Source: an uncultured virus (IMG/VR IMGVR_UViG_3300009008_000008)
Taxonomy: Duplodnaviria > Heunggongvirae > Uroviricota > Caudoviricetes
IMG/VR virus record: IMGVR_UViG_3300009008_000008
Location: 62,001-126,000 of that record
Direction: 5' to 3' (one strand)
DNA length: 64,000 nt
Shown: one piece after another, positions 35,505 to 44,775 of the stretch
Layout: each line of letters begins with the position of its first letter
How positions within the stretch are numbered: the first letter of the stretch is position 1
The notes under the pieces: model-generated
Database searches by the model: none
What the model saw: only the letters and a program-made list of their open reading frames with translations
Told to the model about the DNA's origin: nothing
Translations under genes and position numbers: made by a program

Positions 35505-35533
35505 ATTGTATATGAACCCTCCGGTGCCGTCAA
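35505..35533 (-). promoter_or_regulatory. Sigma70-type promoter with shared downstream leader
   Basis: TTGACG-17 nt-TACAAT followed by GTAGGTGAAGATTAGG. Confidence 0.75.
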
Positions 35534-35794
35534 GATAAAAATGCACGTGGAGGCGCATTTTTCGTATCCGTTTGGTTTGGCACCTGTTTTTGACGCGCAT
35601 TCCACGCTATACAGCTCTCCCAATTTTTTCATCCCTGGAAAATTTTCGGTCCTGGGCCTTAAATCGAGGTCAAATTTTTGCACAATCTAATTTTATCCCA
35701 AGTCAGCTTGGCTCCTTCGGCGGTGCCCAAGTCTGTAAGTATGCAAAGGGTCCTAGTACACATTTGAAACACACATGCGTGTAAGGAGAAACAC

Positions 35795-37180
35795 ATGAAG
35801 AAACGTCGGAAAAAGGTCACGGCGGGTGAAAGCCTCCATGGCCAGAATCTTGTTTCTTCGGTCGTGGTTGCCTCCGAGGCCGCGGTGCCAACAGGACTGA
35901 AAGTTACGGCGCACAAGTGCCGTGGGTGTGACACTACTTTCGCAACCAACGCAGACATCAAACCATTTTGCGTACATTGCGGGAGTGATAGTGTGATTAC
36001 TGTCAATGACATGGGTGGCCGTAAGGTCGAGTCCATGGCAGACGAGAGTAAACTGTCAAGTGTCCAATGCCCAGGGTGCCAAAACCGTAACATTCTGTCC
36101 GACACCACTGCCAAAGCCTTGGAAGGTTATATGGCTTGCGTGGTGTGCTCTCACGACATCCTTTTTGAAACCGTTGCTGAGGATGATGAGCCACCCGCCG
36201 CCGAAGATCCCATGGTCGATGACACAGACCAACCAACTGAAGATCCCGCTCTCGAAGGTGACACCGCTGATGGTGAATCCGACATTGGTGGGGATGATGT
36301 AGGTGGTGAGCCCGAAGAAGAAGACGAGGTTTTGATGAACTTGTCTGAGCTCGCTTTGGCTTCCGCCCCTGATAGAAAGGTCGTTTTCGTCCGTGCAGGT
36401 AAGAGTTCCATCTGCGCCTACGTCGGAGACGTGTCCATTGCTCGACTGAAACAAGCCGATGCTGGTGACAACGAGGATCTATTCCAAGAGCAAGCTTTCC
36501 TCAAGTCAATCCGTCAATCCATGGCGACAGCTGGTTTGGACAAAACGCTTGACGATTTTGGTTTTACCAAAACTCAGGTGGCTTTGTCCGGCTCTCACCT
36601 CCGTAAGTTCAAGATCTCTGAAGCGGTTACTGCCGAACGGGAGATCATCCGCAAGGAAATGGCAGATTCCCAGGCGGTGTTGCAACAGTGCCTCCAGATT
36701 GCTGCTGCTGGCTTGAATAAAGGCTTTTTCAAAGATCGTGTTCATGTCCTGAAAGCCAAGTTGTATGAGTCACTGGTTGAAGCCGGCATGAAGAGTCCCA
36801 ACGTGGTGATTGATCAAGTCTTTTCTGCCCATTCGGATGAGTACAACACCACGCTGTTGGCGTTAGCTACCGAGTTGTTGGGTAAATCCGAGGACGTTCG
36901 TAACGAACTTGCGGACACCATCCAAGGTACCAACTACCAATTGGCGGAGGATGAACCAACCGAAGACGACGAACTGGAGTTGGAAGAAGAGTTCACCGAG
37001 GATGACCTGGAGGATGCCCCTCTGGAGTCACGATTGGAGGCCTCTTTGCGCCCATCTCGCCCAAGGCGTTTGAATGGTAAAGCAGCCGTTCATTCCCATA
37101 CGGGTGAACCACCCCGGTCCGTTGCGGATATCCGTCATCACGTTACCAGTCAGGCGGGCCAGAACCTGTTTAGCCGGTAA
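35795..37180 (+). CDS. Putative prohead scaffold/core protein with zinc ribbons
   Basis: Acidic, coiled-coil C-half, two genes upstream of the capsid gene. Confidence 0.55.
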   Translation: MKKRRKKVTAGESLHGQNLVSSVVVASEAAVPTGLKVTAHKCRGCDTTFATNADIKPFCVHCGSDSVITVNDMGGRKVESMADESKLSSVQCPGCQNRNILSDTTAKALEGYMACVVCSHDILFETVAEDDEPPAAEDPMVDDTDQPTEDPALEGDTADGESDIGGDDVGGEPEEEDEVLMNLSELALASAPDRKVVFVRAGKSSICAYVGDVSIARLKQADAGDNEDLFQEQAFLKSIRQSMATAGLDKTLDDFGFTKTQVALSGSHLRKFKISEAVTAEREIIRKEMADSQAVLQQCLQIAAAGLNKGFFKDRVHVLKAKLYESLVEAGMKSPNVVIDQVFSAHSDEYNTTLLALATELLGKSEDVRNELADTIQGTNYQLAEDEPTEDDELELEEEFTEDDLEDAPLESRLEASLRPSRPRRLNGKAAVHSHTGEPPRSVADIRHHVTSQAGQNLFSR

Positions 37181-37217
37181 TAGGGCCACTCAAAACTGTT
37201 TATAAGGAGTTTCAACC

Positions 37218-37880
37218 ATGTTGCAACTGGACAAAAGTCGTTTTCGTGACAGTGTTGAGCGGCCCGTGGCAGATGGATATTCCATCACTGCCGAAGGGCA
37301 AGCTCTCATTGGCGAACTGATGGATGGCGTTTTCGGCGTCCGTCCATCAACCGGGGCGGCTGACGAAGTTTTCGCCGGCGTCTCTATCGCTCAAACCATC
37401 AATGTCGAGCTGATGCCTGAAGTGGCCGATGTCGTGCTCGATGCCAACAAAAAAGCCATGCTCCCGCATGAACCGGTTGCCGGTTCAATCCGTGTGCTGG
37501 ATGCTGCTGGCACCACTATCGCTCCTGCCAATTATACCATCACAGGGAAAGAAATCGAAGTTCCTGGCGGGGCAGAGGGTGACGCAGTTCAGGTGCGGTC
37601 CAAGTATGTTCCCAACGTTCAGGAAGCCAAATTGCTGCAAGGCGATGAAGCTCCCGGTGGAACAGCCGCAGCTTTCATGTCCTCAGTGGGTACCATTACC
37701 GAGGGCGATGTTTACACCACCGAGTATGATACGGCTGCGGATTGGAGTGGAACCAATCCCGAGGTCAAACTCGGTCCCGGAGGACTGTTCACCACGGCCG
37801 GAAGCGGTACTGCTGTGAACGGTTTCGTCATTCAGGTTCCCACGGCGGCAGACCCCACGCTGGGCCTGGTACTTCGGTAA
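37218..37880 (+). CDS. Putative head decoration/structural protein
   Basis: Strong RBS; beta-rich; directly before the capsid gene. Confidence 0.55.
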   Translation: MLQLDKSRFRDSVERPVADGYSITAEGQALIGELMDGVFGVRPSTGAADEVFAGVSIAQTINVELMPEVADVVLDANKKAMLPHEPVAGSIRVLDAAGTTIAPANYTITGKEIEVPGGAEGDAVQVRSKYVPNVQEAKLLQGDEAPGGTAAAFMSSVGTITEGDVYTTEYDTAADWSGTNPEVKLGPGGLFTTAGSGTAVNGFVIQVPTAADPTLGLVLR

Positions 37881-37914
37881 TCGGGTTCCACACCAAGGAG
37901 AATGGAGATAAACT

Positions 37915-39030
37915 ATGCGTAAGCGTAAAAACAATCCTTACAGTGGGGTCCAGTTTCAACATGCTGGTGCCTCACAGCAGGTTCTGGCAACAGACTTGCG
38001 TCTTCCCGGTACCACTGAGCGTTTTGTTGGACAAGACGGTCATGTGAATGCTGGTTCCAACCAAGAGCTGGCTCGGAAAGTTGCAGAGCTGGCCAAGTAT
38101 ATCGAGACCAGCGGTCGCGATGTGGTGACCGAATCTGAAGCCCAACAGCGGCAAGAGCTGGCGGCCGCCCATCGTGAGATGGTATTGGCAGCTTTTGAAG
38201 ACCGCGCGGAATTGGCGTCTCTCGGTGAAGTATTGGCCGAAGAGATTTACATGACCAGCAACCGCGAAGGCTTTATGCGGCGCTTCATGCTTCGCCAAGA
38301 CCTGGGGCAAGGCCAAATTCCACAGATTGACGTGGATCAAAAGAACGTCGTGGCCATCGTTTCGACCTCGCCGGTCAAAATCGAAACCCAGTTGGTACGT
38401 GACTCCGTCCTGTACCCACCAGAGTTTTACATTTCCAGCCGGCCCTTCATCGAGCAGCGTGACATCGCCCGCTCCAACACCGACATCCTCGAGAAGAAGT
38501 ATCTCGAAGCCCTTGAGGGTGTCATGGTAGAAGAGGACCGGGTGTGGTTGCGTCTAGCCAATGCCACCGTCAACGTCGTCAACACCATGAGCACTGTTGT
38601 CGGTACTATGACTCCAGCGGCTTTGGGTGCCATGTCCAACCAGGTTACTCGGTGGGGTATCCCTGCCTTGTACTGGCTTATCGCCAATGACATCTGGCAG
38701 GATGTGGTGGCCGACGAAGGTTTTCAAACCATCATCGACCAGGTGAGCAAGTTTGAATTGCTCAAGACCGGGAAACTCGGTACCATCTTGGGCATGGAGG
38801 TCATCTCCGACGCCTTCCGTCATCCGCAACACAAGGTTTTGTCTCGCGGTGAGATGTACATTATCGGGGATGCAACCAACCATGGTCAGTACACTGATCG
38901 TGGTGGTGTGGATTCCAAGCCCATCGACGAAACCCATGAGAAGGTTCCTGGGCGCGGTTGGGTCATGACCGAACTGATGAGCATGGCTATCGCCAACGCT
39001 CGCTCCGTCGCCAAAGGCGAGCGTGAGTAA
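37915..39030 (+). CDS. Major capsid protein (HK97-like)
   Basis: 371 aa; LKTGKLGTILGMEVISD A-domain-like motif; position in the head operon. Confidence 0.75.
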   Translation: MRKRKNNPYSGVQFQHAGASQQVLATDLRLPGTTERFVGQDGHVNAGSNQELARKVAELAKYIETSGRDVVTESEAQQRQELAAAHREMVLAAFEDRAELASLGEVLAEEIYMTSNREGFMRRFMLRQDLGQGQIPQIDVDQKNVVAIVSTSPVKIETQLVRDSVLYPPEFYISSRPFIEQRDIARSNTDILEKKYLEALEGVMVEEDRVWLRLANATVNVVNTMSTVVGTMTPAALGAMSNQVTRWGIPALYWLIANDIWQDVVADEGFQTIIDQVSKFELLKTGKLGTILGMEVISDAFRHPQHKVLSRGEMYIIGDATNHGQYTDRGGVDSKPIDETHEKVPGRGWVMTELMSMAIANARSVAKGERE

Positions 39031-39057
39031 CCCTTGAGAATGTGAACGGAGATAACC

Positions 39058-39516
39058 ATGCGATTCAAAGCGTATAGTCGTGAACTCGACCATGTGATTG
39101 CTGCCCTTGGATTCATCCGGAAGGGACAATCCAAACTGGCTCGCAAGCATCTGCTTGCAGCCGCCAAATCCAAGAAAACTGGCGCCCTGCTGGCTTCTTT
39201 GGGTCAGGCCAACCAACAGGCTTTGGCCCGTGCCACTGCCCACACCAAACGCCGTGTCCAAGCCGAGGACGATCTGGGTCTGGATGACCTGGACCTCGAA
39301 ATGGAGGAAGATCTTGAACTCGATCCGGAAATGGACGACATGGATATGGCCGGCGATGATGAAGGAATGGAGGAAGAGGACGTTGGTGAGGATGAGGAAA
39401 TGGACCTCGAAGAGGATTCCACTGCCTTGACCGCCAGCGCCAAACGCCGTTTGTCTCGTGCCCAGGCCAATGCCAAGGCTTTGCATCAGAAGCGGCGCCA
39501 ACAGCGTCAAAAGTAA
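39058..39516 (+). CDS. Putative internal head protein (acidic core, basic ends)
   Basis: Follows the capsid gene and precedes a hairpin. Confidence 0.5.
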   Translation: MRFKAYSRELDHVIAALGFIRKGQSKLARKHLLAAAKSKKTGALLASLGQANQQALARATAHTKRRVQAEDDLGLDDLDLEMEEDLELDPEMDDMDMAGDDEGMEEEDVGEDEEMDLEEDSTALTASAKRRLSRAQANAKALHQKRRQQRQK

Positions 39517-39522
39517 AACCTT

Positions 39523-39556
39523 AGGTGGGTGGGGTCCCTTGCGGCTCCACCCGCTT
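39523..39556 (+). terminator. Hairpin after the head operon
   Basis: AGGTGGGTGGGGT/GCTCCACCCGCTT stem; weak T-tract. Confidence 0.5.
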
Positions 39557-39569
39557 GTAGGTCCTTATA

Positions 39570-40196
39570 ATGACCGAAGAGACAACCACCAAGATACAAC
39601 CACTATCCTACTATGTGTTTGCTGGTCTCCAGCAAATGATAGCTCAGGACTTTGCTGTGAAACCACCCATCTTTTCCACAGCAGAGAACGTACAAGAGTT
39701 GTTGAGAACAGGTGTTAAACCCGAGTATCCCTTTTGTTACCTGCGTTTGGTAACAATGGGTGTATCAACCAAAAGTGATGATGGTAAGTCTCGGAACCCA
39801 CATGAGATGGCACGTCTGGGTATGATGAATAGGTTTAATACTGACCGATCAGAAGCCCAAATCACAGCAGCCATTCCTACTACCTATGCCATCGAACTCC
39901 ATTTTATTACCGATAATTTCAACCAGGTGATGACATTTAACACCAGGTGGACGTTTGCTCATATTAGAAACCGTTTAGACTTCAAGCTTGGGTACATGGA
40001 CTTTGACTACGATATTGGTATCGAGTTGGATCCGTCTTTAACCGTACCCACCCAGGAAGGGGACCTTTCATCCCCAGGGCCTTTTGAATTCGTTGGCAAC
40101 CTCTCAGTGCGTGGATATCTCATTAACGATGACCCACGAGACATCCGGGACGTGCCATTGGTTAAACACCTCAATTTACGGTTGCAAACGACATGA
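39570..40196 (+). CDS. Putative tail terminator/completion protein
   Basis: Lies before the sheath gene; YPF...IPTTYAIELHF pattern. Confidence 0.45.
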   Translation: MTEETTTKIQPLSYYVFAGLQQMIAQDFAVKPPIFSTAENVQELLRTGVKPEYPFCYLRLVTMGVSTKSDDGKSRNPHEMARLGMMNRFNTDRSEAQITAAIPTTYAIELHFITDNFNQVMTFNTRWTFAHIRNRLDFKLGYMDFDYDIGIELDPSLTVPTQEGDLSSPGPFEFVGNLSVRGYLINDDPRDIRDVPLVKHLNLRLQTT

Positions 40197-40540
40197 GTAC
40201 TATTGTTTTAAGGCTTGATGCCTACCTATCAAAGGGTTCTGGTGCCCGACGATATCTTACCAAGGGTAGGCTGGCTGTAGAGGTGGCAGGCGAAGCCGAC
40301 TGCCGGTGCATAACCATTGACAAAGACAGTGGGTACATTCTGGATCCCTCTGTCAACAGCAATAAGGTTACTGCACTCGTTGCGTCCGCTCCTCTTGAAG
40401 TTGAGGTCACCAGAGCCCCAGACCAGACCTTCAACTTCACCCTTGTAGGACTCTTTGTATTTCCAGACACCCTCCAGACCGTTCGATTGGTCAATACTGA
40501 CACAAAGAACAAAGTGGAGGTAGAGTTAATCCACGGATAA
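40193..40540 (+). CDS. Hypothetical virion protein
   Basis: Coupled ORF in the structural operon. Confidence 0.55.
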   Translation: MSTIVLRLDAYLSKGSGARRYLTKGRLAVEVAGEADCRCITIDKDSGYILDPSVNSNKVTALVASAPLEVEVTRAPDQTFNFTLVGLFVFPDTLQTVRLVNTDTKNKVEVELIHG

Positions 40541-40558
40541 CGTTGAAGGAGACGTTTC

Positions 40559-40771
40559 ATGACCGACGAAAGTCCTGTTCCTGCTCAGGAGCAAAAGGTT
40601 GTTATCGTGAGTCGGCGTGATCATCCGGTGCGGGTAAAGTTAAAGCCTGCACCTGGCGACCCGGAGAAAGGGAATTACATTATGATCCCTCCTCGTGGTC
40701 GCTCCCGGAAGATCGCCCAATCCCGGCTCGATGTGGTTCCACCTACTGTAGTTGCCGTTCCGGCAACTTAA
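40559..40771 (+). CDS. Small hypothetical protein
   Basis: AAGGAG RBS; directly before the sheath gene. Confidence 0.55.
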   Translation: MTDESPVPAQEQKVVIVSRRDHPVRVKLKPAPGDPEKGNYIMIPPRGRSRKIAQSRLDVVPPTVVAVPAT

Positions 40772-40785
40772 AGGAGATTTAAGGC

Positions 40786-42357
40786 ATGGGTGTAGCCACT
40801 GGTGTTCCAAAGGTCAATATTCGGGAGATCGACCTTACCACAAAAGTACCGTCATTCCCTGGCGTGTACGGTGGTATTATTATTCCCGGCGCCAAGAAAG
40901 GTCCTGTGAGTGACCCGTACTTGTGCGCTTCTGAGACTCAGTTCTTGCAGGTGTTTACACCTGACGAGCGGATTGAAGTCGGTTACGACTTGGCTTACTA
41001 CTCAGCTATTGCGTTCCTGGCAAAGTCCAACAAACTCTGGGTCATCCGCGCTGCCATTAATTCGCTGTACGGCGGTGTTGCAATTTTGGAGTCTGGTGGT
41101 GGTTCCGCCATCCCTGTGACTGCCGGTATTGAAGACCCTGAAGCCTATGCTTTTGGTGGTAATGAGTGTCTGCTCATTACAGGCGCTAGCCAAGGCGACT
41201 GGGCAAATGACCTGTATGTTGAGGTCCTTGACAATGACGAGAAGGAACCCGGCTCTTTTCGTATCAACGTCATCAAAAATGGTGTCGAAGTCGAGCGGTT
41301 TGTCTGTAGCCGGACTGCTGGTACAAAAGATGGTTATGGTCGCAACATCTACGTTGAGGACGTGACCCGTGCCAGCCGGTATATCTCTGTCGTTGACAAC
41401 ATTGCCATCGATCCAGAGGTTTTGCCAGAGTTCACCACAACCCCTGTTCAAATGGCGTCTGGTGACGATGGCGACCCTGTTACCGACAACGAGATGATCT
41501 TGAACCTCGACAAGTTCAGTAACAAGAACAATGCTCCAATGACGCTGCTCATGGATGGTGGCCGGGCAACTGAAGGCTACCAATTGGCACTTATCCAGCT
41601 GTGCGAAGCCCGCAAGGATTGTATCACCATCTTGTCGGTTCCGTTCGAAGCTGAGGATAGCGCGGATTACGTCAACGAGATCATCGACTATCGTGACAAC
41701 CAACTCAATGCCAGTTCCAGCTATGCGGCGATGTACAGCCCGCATGTGCTGATCGAGGACAAGTTCAACGATCGTCAGATCTACGTCAGCCCGGATGGTT
41801 ACGTCGGTGGTATCATTTCGGAAACCGCTGCCAACTATGAAATCTGGTATCCGCCTGCTGGTGCCCGTCGTGGTACTTTGTTGGTGCTGGATGTTCGGCG
41901 TCGGTTCCTTGAAGGTGAGATGGACCTCTTGTTTGACAAGGGTATCAACCCAATTCGTTTCCGTCCTGGTCAGGGTATTGCGGTTTGGGGTGACAAGACT
42001 TTGTTGGGTCGTCCGTCCAACCTCGATCAGTTGTCAACTCGGTTGCTGTTGATCGTTCTGGAGCCTGCCATCGCAGAAGCGTTGGAAGACTTCGAGTTTG
42101 AACTCAATGATGTGGCGTCTCGTGCCCTTGTTGAATCCATGATCAACAGTTACATGGAAGGCATCAAGGCGCGGCGTGGTGTCTACGGCTTCATGACCGT
42201 GTGTAACGAGGACAACAACACGCCAGAGGACATTGGCAACGACCGCATGAACGTTGACTTGTTCGTGAAGCCCATCCGTGGTATCCGGTACATCGAGTTC
42301 ACCACCATTATCACTCGGACGAGCATGGACTTCAAGCTCGCCCAACAGTCGATTTAA
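40786..42357 (+). CDS. Contractile tail sheath protein
   Basis: PKVNIREIDLT, SSYAAMYSP, WYPPAGARRG, GINPI, VWGDKTL, FEFELND, NNTPEDI. Confidence 0.95.
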   Translation: MGVATGVPKVNIREIDLTTKVPSFPGVYGGIIIPGAKKGPVSDPYLCASETQFLQVFTPDERIEVGYDLAYYSAIAFLAKSNKLWVIRAAINSLYGGVAILESGGGSAIPVTAGIEDPEAYAFGGNECLLITGASQGDWANDLYVEVLDNDEKEPGSFRINVIKNGVEVERFVCSRTAGTKDGYGRNIYVEDVTRASRYISVVDNIAIDPEVLPEFTTTPVQMASGDDGDPVTDNEMILNLDKFSNKNNAPMTLLMDGGRATEGYQLALIQLCEARKDCITILSVPFEAEDSADYVNEIIDYRDNQLNASSSYAAMYSPHVLIEDKFNDRQIYVSPDGYVGGIISETAANYEIWYPPAGARRGTLLVLDVRRRFLEGEMDLLFDKGINPIRFRPGQGIAVWGDKTLLGRPSNLDQLSTRLLLIVLEPAIAEALEDFEFELNDVASRALVESMINSYMEGIKARRGVYGFMTVCNEDNNTPEDIGNDRMNVDLFVKPIRGIRYIEFTTIITRTSMDFKLAQQSI

Positions 42358-42372
42358 AGGAGGTAGCACGAT

Positions 42373-42975
42373 ATGCCGCGACCAACTATTGAGAACATTC
42401 GGGGCTTGCCTGATTTTGCTCCGATGTACAAATGGAATGTGGAGATTTCGACACCGCCAAAGTCGGTTCCCACTCCACCAACCTTGAACTTCCAATGCCT
42501 GTCCTCTGAAATCCCCAAGATGGATGATGGCCAAGACATTGAGATCAAAATCCGTGGTCACAACATCCAACAGCCAGGTATCTATGACTATACCCACAGC
42601 CTGACCCTGAAGTTTGTTGAGACCATCGACAACGTGATGAACATCTGGTTCCAGAAATGGCGGGAAGCCGTCTGGCAGACAGGAACCGGTATCCAGGAGA
42701 TGCGTAAGGATACAGAAGCGGTTCTTAACCTGTTCCGCCTCAATCGGCAAGATGAACCGATCTGGCGTTATGAGGTAATCGGTTGCTTCCTCAAAGGGTA
42801 CGACCCTTCCGGTGGTGAACTGGATGGTGAAAACTCGGAGATCCTGCGGCCCGAACTGATCTTGACCTACCACTATTTTAAGGACTATCCAATGTCCGGT
42901 GGTGGTGGTCGTGTCTCAGGTACTTCTGCCTCCACGGCAAGCGCACAATCCGGATCACAGGCGGCTGGAGCGTAA
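42373..42975 (+). CDS. Tail tube protein (T4 gp19-like)
   Basis: Follows the sheath gene; size and motifs fit. Confidence 0.8.
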   Translation: MPRPTIENIRGLPDFAPMYKWNVEISTPPKSVPTPPTLNFQCLSSEIPKMDDGQDIEIKIRGHNIQQPGIYDYTHSLTLKFVETIDNVMNIWFQKWREAVWQTGTGIQEMRKDTEAVLNLFRLNRQDEPIWRYEVIGCFLKGYDPSGGELDGENSEILRPELILTYHYFKDYPMSGGGGRVSGTSASTASAQSGSQAAGA

Positions 42976-43005
42976 AAGCTCCTCGCATCACAGTAGTACC
43001 CCGAG

Positions 43006-43045
43006 AAGGGCCAGCGAGGCACCAACCTGGCTGGCCCTTTTTTTT
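43006..43045 (+). terminator. Intrinsic terminator
   Basis: AAGGGCCAGC/GCTGGCCCTT followed by a long T-tract. Confidence 0.85.
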
Positions 43046-43061
43046 GTTTAAGGAGTATGGT

Positions 43062-43652
43062 ATGGCATTGTTTTTAAAGCATATCGAACAAGTCCGGTCT
43101 ATTGACTGGGGAAAGGCCTACTTATGGGATATCCTACTCCCTGACGCTCCTCCACCCTTTCATAAGTGGTTCCCCGCCACTGACGTGGAGGAACCCCTGT
43201 TCAATGTCGAGTCATTTAACTTCGACAGTTCCATGGGTGTGCATAAAATTCCATTAAGGAACGGTGGTGCCCCTGTGATGAAGATCACGTTTCTGGACAA
43301 TGACCGCCACGCCCTCTCCGACTTTTTTGAGGAATGGGTAGATGATCAAGTCCTCCCAAAGGACCGGACAACTGTAAATTGGGTAGAGAGTGCTGTCAAA
43401 TCCATCATGATCGCTAAGTATGATCATACCCACAGTAACATCAAGACCGTTAATTACTGGGTGTACCCAGAAGGGGAACTTGGGTTCCACGGTTCCGGTG
43501 AATCCTCCTCGGAGCCTTTGGTGCTTGATTTCGTTATTGTGGGTAAGGGTAAGCAAAAAGGTAGTGTGGGTGGAGTAGCCCCACAAATGTCCACGAGCCT
43601 TTCCAGTCTCATTCCAAATATCCCGAATGTCAGTGGACTTTTTTTAACGTAG
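43062..43652 (+). CDS. Tube-like protein / tail tube initiator
   Basis: AAGGAG RBS before MALF; tube-fold pattern ITFLD...FFEEW...YP. Confidence 0.6.
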   Translation: MALFLKHIEQVRSIDWGKAYLWDILLPDAPPPFHKWFPATDVEEPLFNVESFNFDSSMGVHKIPLRNGGAPVMKITFLDNDRHALSDFFEEWVDDQVLPKDRTTVNWVESAVKSIMIAKYDHTHSNIKTVNYWVYPEGELGFHGSGESSSEPLVLDFVIVGKGKQKGSVGGVAPQMSTSLSSLIPNIPNVSGLFLT

Positions 43653-43685
43653 AGCCGATAACAAAATAGGAGAAGGAGAGCCGAT

Positions 43686-44675
43686 ATGACAACACCGGAA
43701 CAAAAGGCAGGTACTTTTGTACCACCTATGGGACCTGGAGTCCCTGGGGTATCCCCTGCCGCCGCGAGCACAGGGAACGATCCTAACGTGGCTATACCTA
43801 GCAGTCCCAAGGTAAAGCCAACTACTGTAACCGAAACTCCGTCAGATCCTCACAAGGATCGGTTTCCGACGAGTGCTCTCAACAAACCGGAGGACCTTCC
43901 GTCCCAAGGTAAAGCCTATGATAAAGGATACACTATTACCTACCGGCCGTATTCCTTTGGAGAGATAAAAAAGTTCGGTCAATCCACTGGTATGTCTACC
44001 CATGACAAACTCCAGTTTTTGGCTAAAGGAGTAGAGACCTCTTTTGACGGCGCACTGAAGATGACCTTACAGGACTTCCTGTATGTGTGTTTCTTGCGAA
44101 AGTTATCCACGATGGGTGCCCAGCAATTTTTGTTGGACCTGGTGTGCCCACACTGTAAGCAAAAGCAGACCAAAACCTTACAGTTTGACGATATCGCGTT
44201 TGACGAGATCCAGGCCCCTGCCCTGCCCGCTATCGTTACCGTGGGTGGTCAAGAGCTTCACATCTCTCCGATTACGCTGGAGGGGTATCTAAAGGCTCTC
44301 AAGGATGGATACGCTGAACGTGAATTCCAACGTGGTACTGATGGTCAGGTGTTGACAGACCAGGAAGGGGAGCCATTACGCGAACCCGATGATGAGGTTG
44401 CGTTGATGGCACTCCAAGTAACGAACAAACCTTTTGACGAGGCGTATACCCTCATTGAGAGCGCGGTTGGGGAAGAGTCCTGGGTACTGCAGAGCCTGGA
44501 CAATTATTTCTTTCATGGTGTGAAACCCCACGAAACAGCCTGCTCGAAGAAAACATGCGGAGGTAAGATGAGTGTTCGTATTGATGCAAAAGAAACACTC
44601 ATCTATCCTTTTCGTGAAGGGGAGGACGCTATTCGAGATCGCGTTCAGTTTGGGGTACCGAATGCAGGGCCTTGA
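43686..44675 (+). CDS. Tail/baseplate hub assembly chaperone
   Basis: CPHC and C-terminal Cys pair; position before the tape measure gene. Confidence 0.65.
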   Translation: MTTPEQKAGTFVPPMGPGVPGVSPAAASTGNDPNVAIPSSPKVKPTTVTETPSDPHKDRFPTSALNKPEDLPSQGKAYDKGYTITYRPYSFGEIKKFGQSTGMSTHDKLQFLAKGVETSFDGALKMTLQDFLYVCFLRKLSTMGAQQFLLDLVCPHCKQKQTKTLQFDDIAFDEIQAPALPAIVTVGGQELHISPITLEGYLKALKDGYAEREFQRGTDGQVLTDQEGEPLREPDDEVALMALQVTNKPFDEAYTLIESAVGEESWVLQSLDNYFFHGVKPHETACSKKTCGGKMSVRIDAKETLIYPFREGEDAIRDRVQFGVPNAGP

Positions 44676-44775
44676 CATAACTGGATTGGATAACTTGGAC
44701 TACGGTGAGGTCCTGTTCTATGCTCAGCGTTTGGCCAAGCAAATGAAGGAAGAGAGGAAGCATCTCGGTGGCTGA
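44614..44775 (+). CDS. Small chaperone C-terminal ORF, possibly a frameshift extension
   Basis: +1 frame relative to the chaperone: LFEIAFSLGYRMQGLDITGLDNLDYGEVLFYAQRLAKQMKEE. Confidence 0.5.
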   Translation: MKGRTLFEIAFSLGYRMQGLDITGLDNLDYGEVLFYAQRLAKQMKEERKHLGG

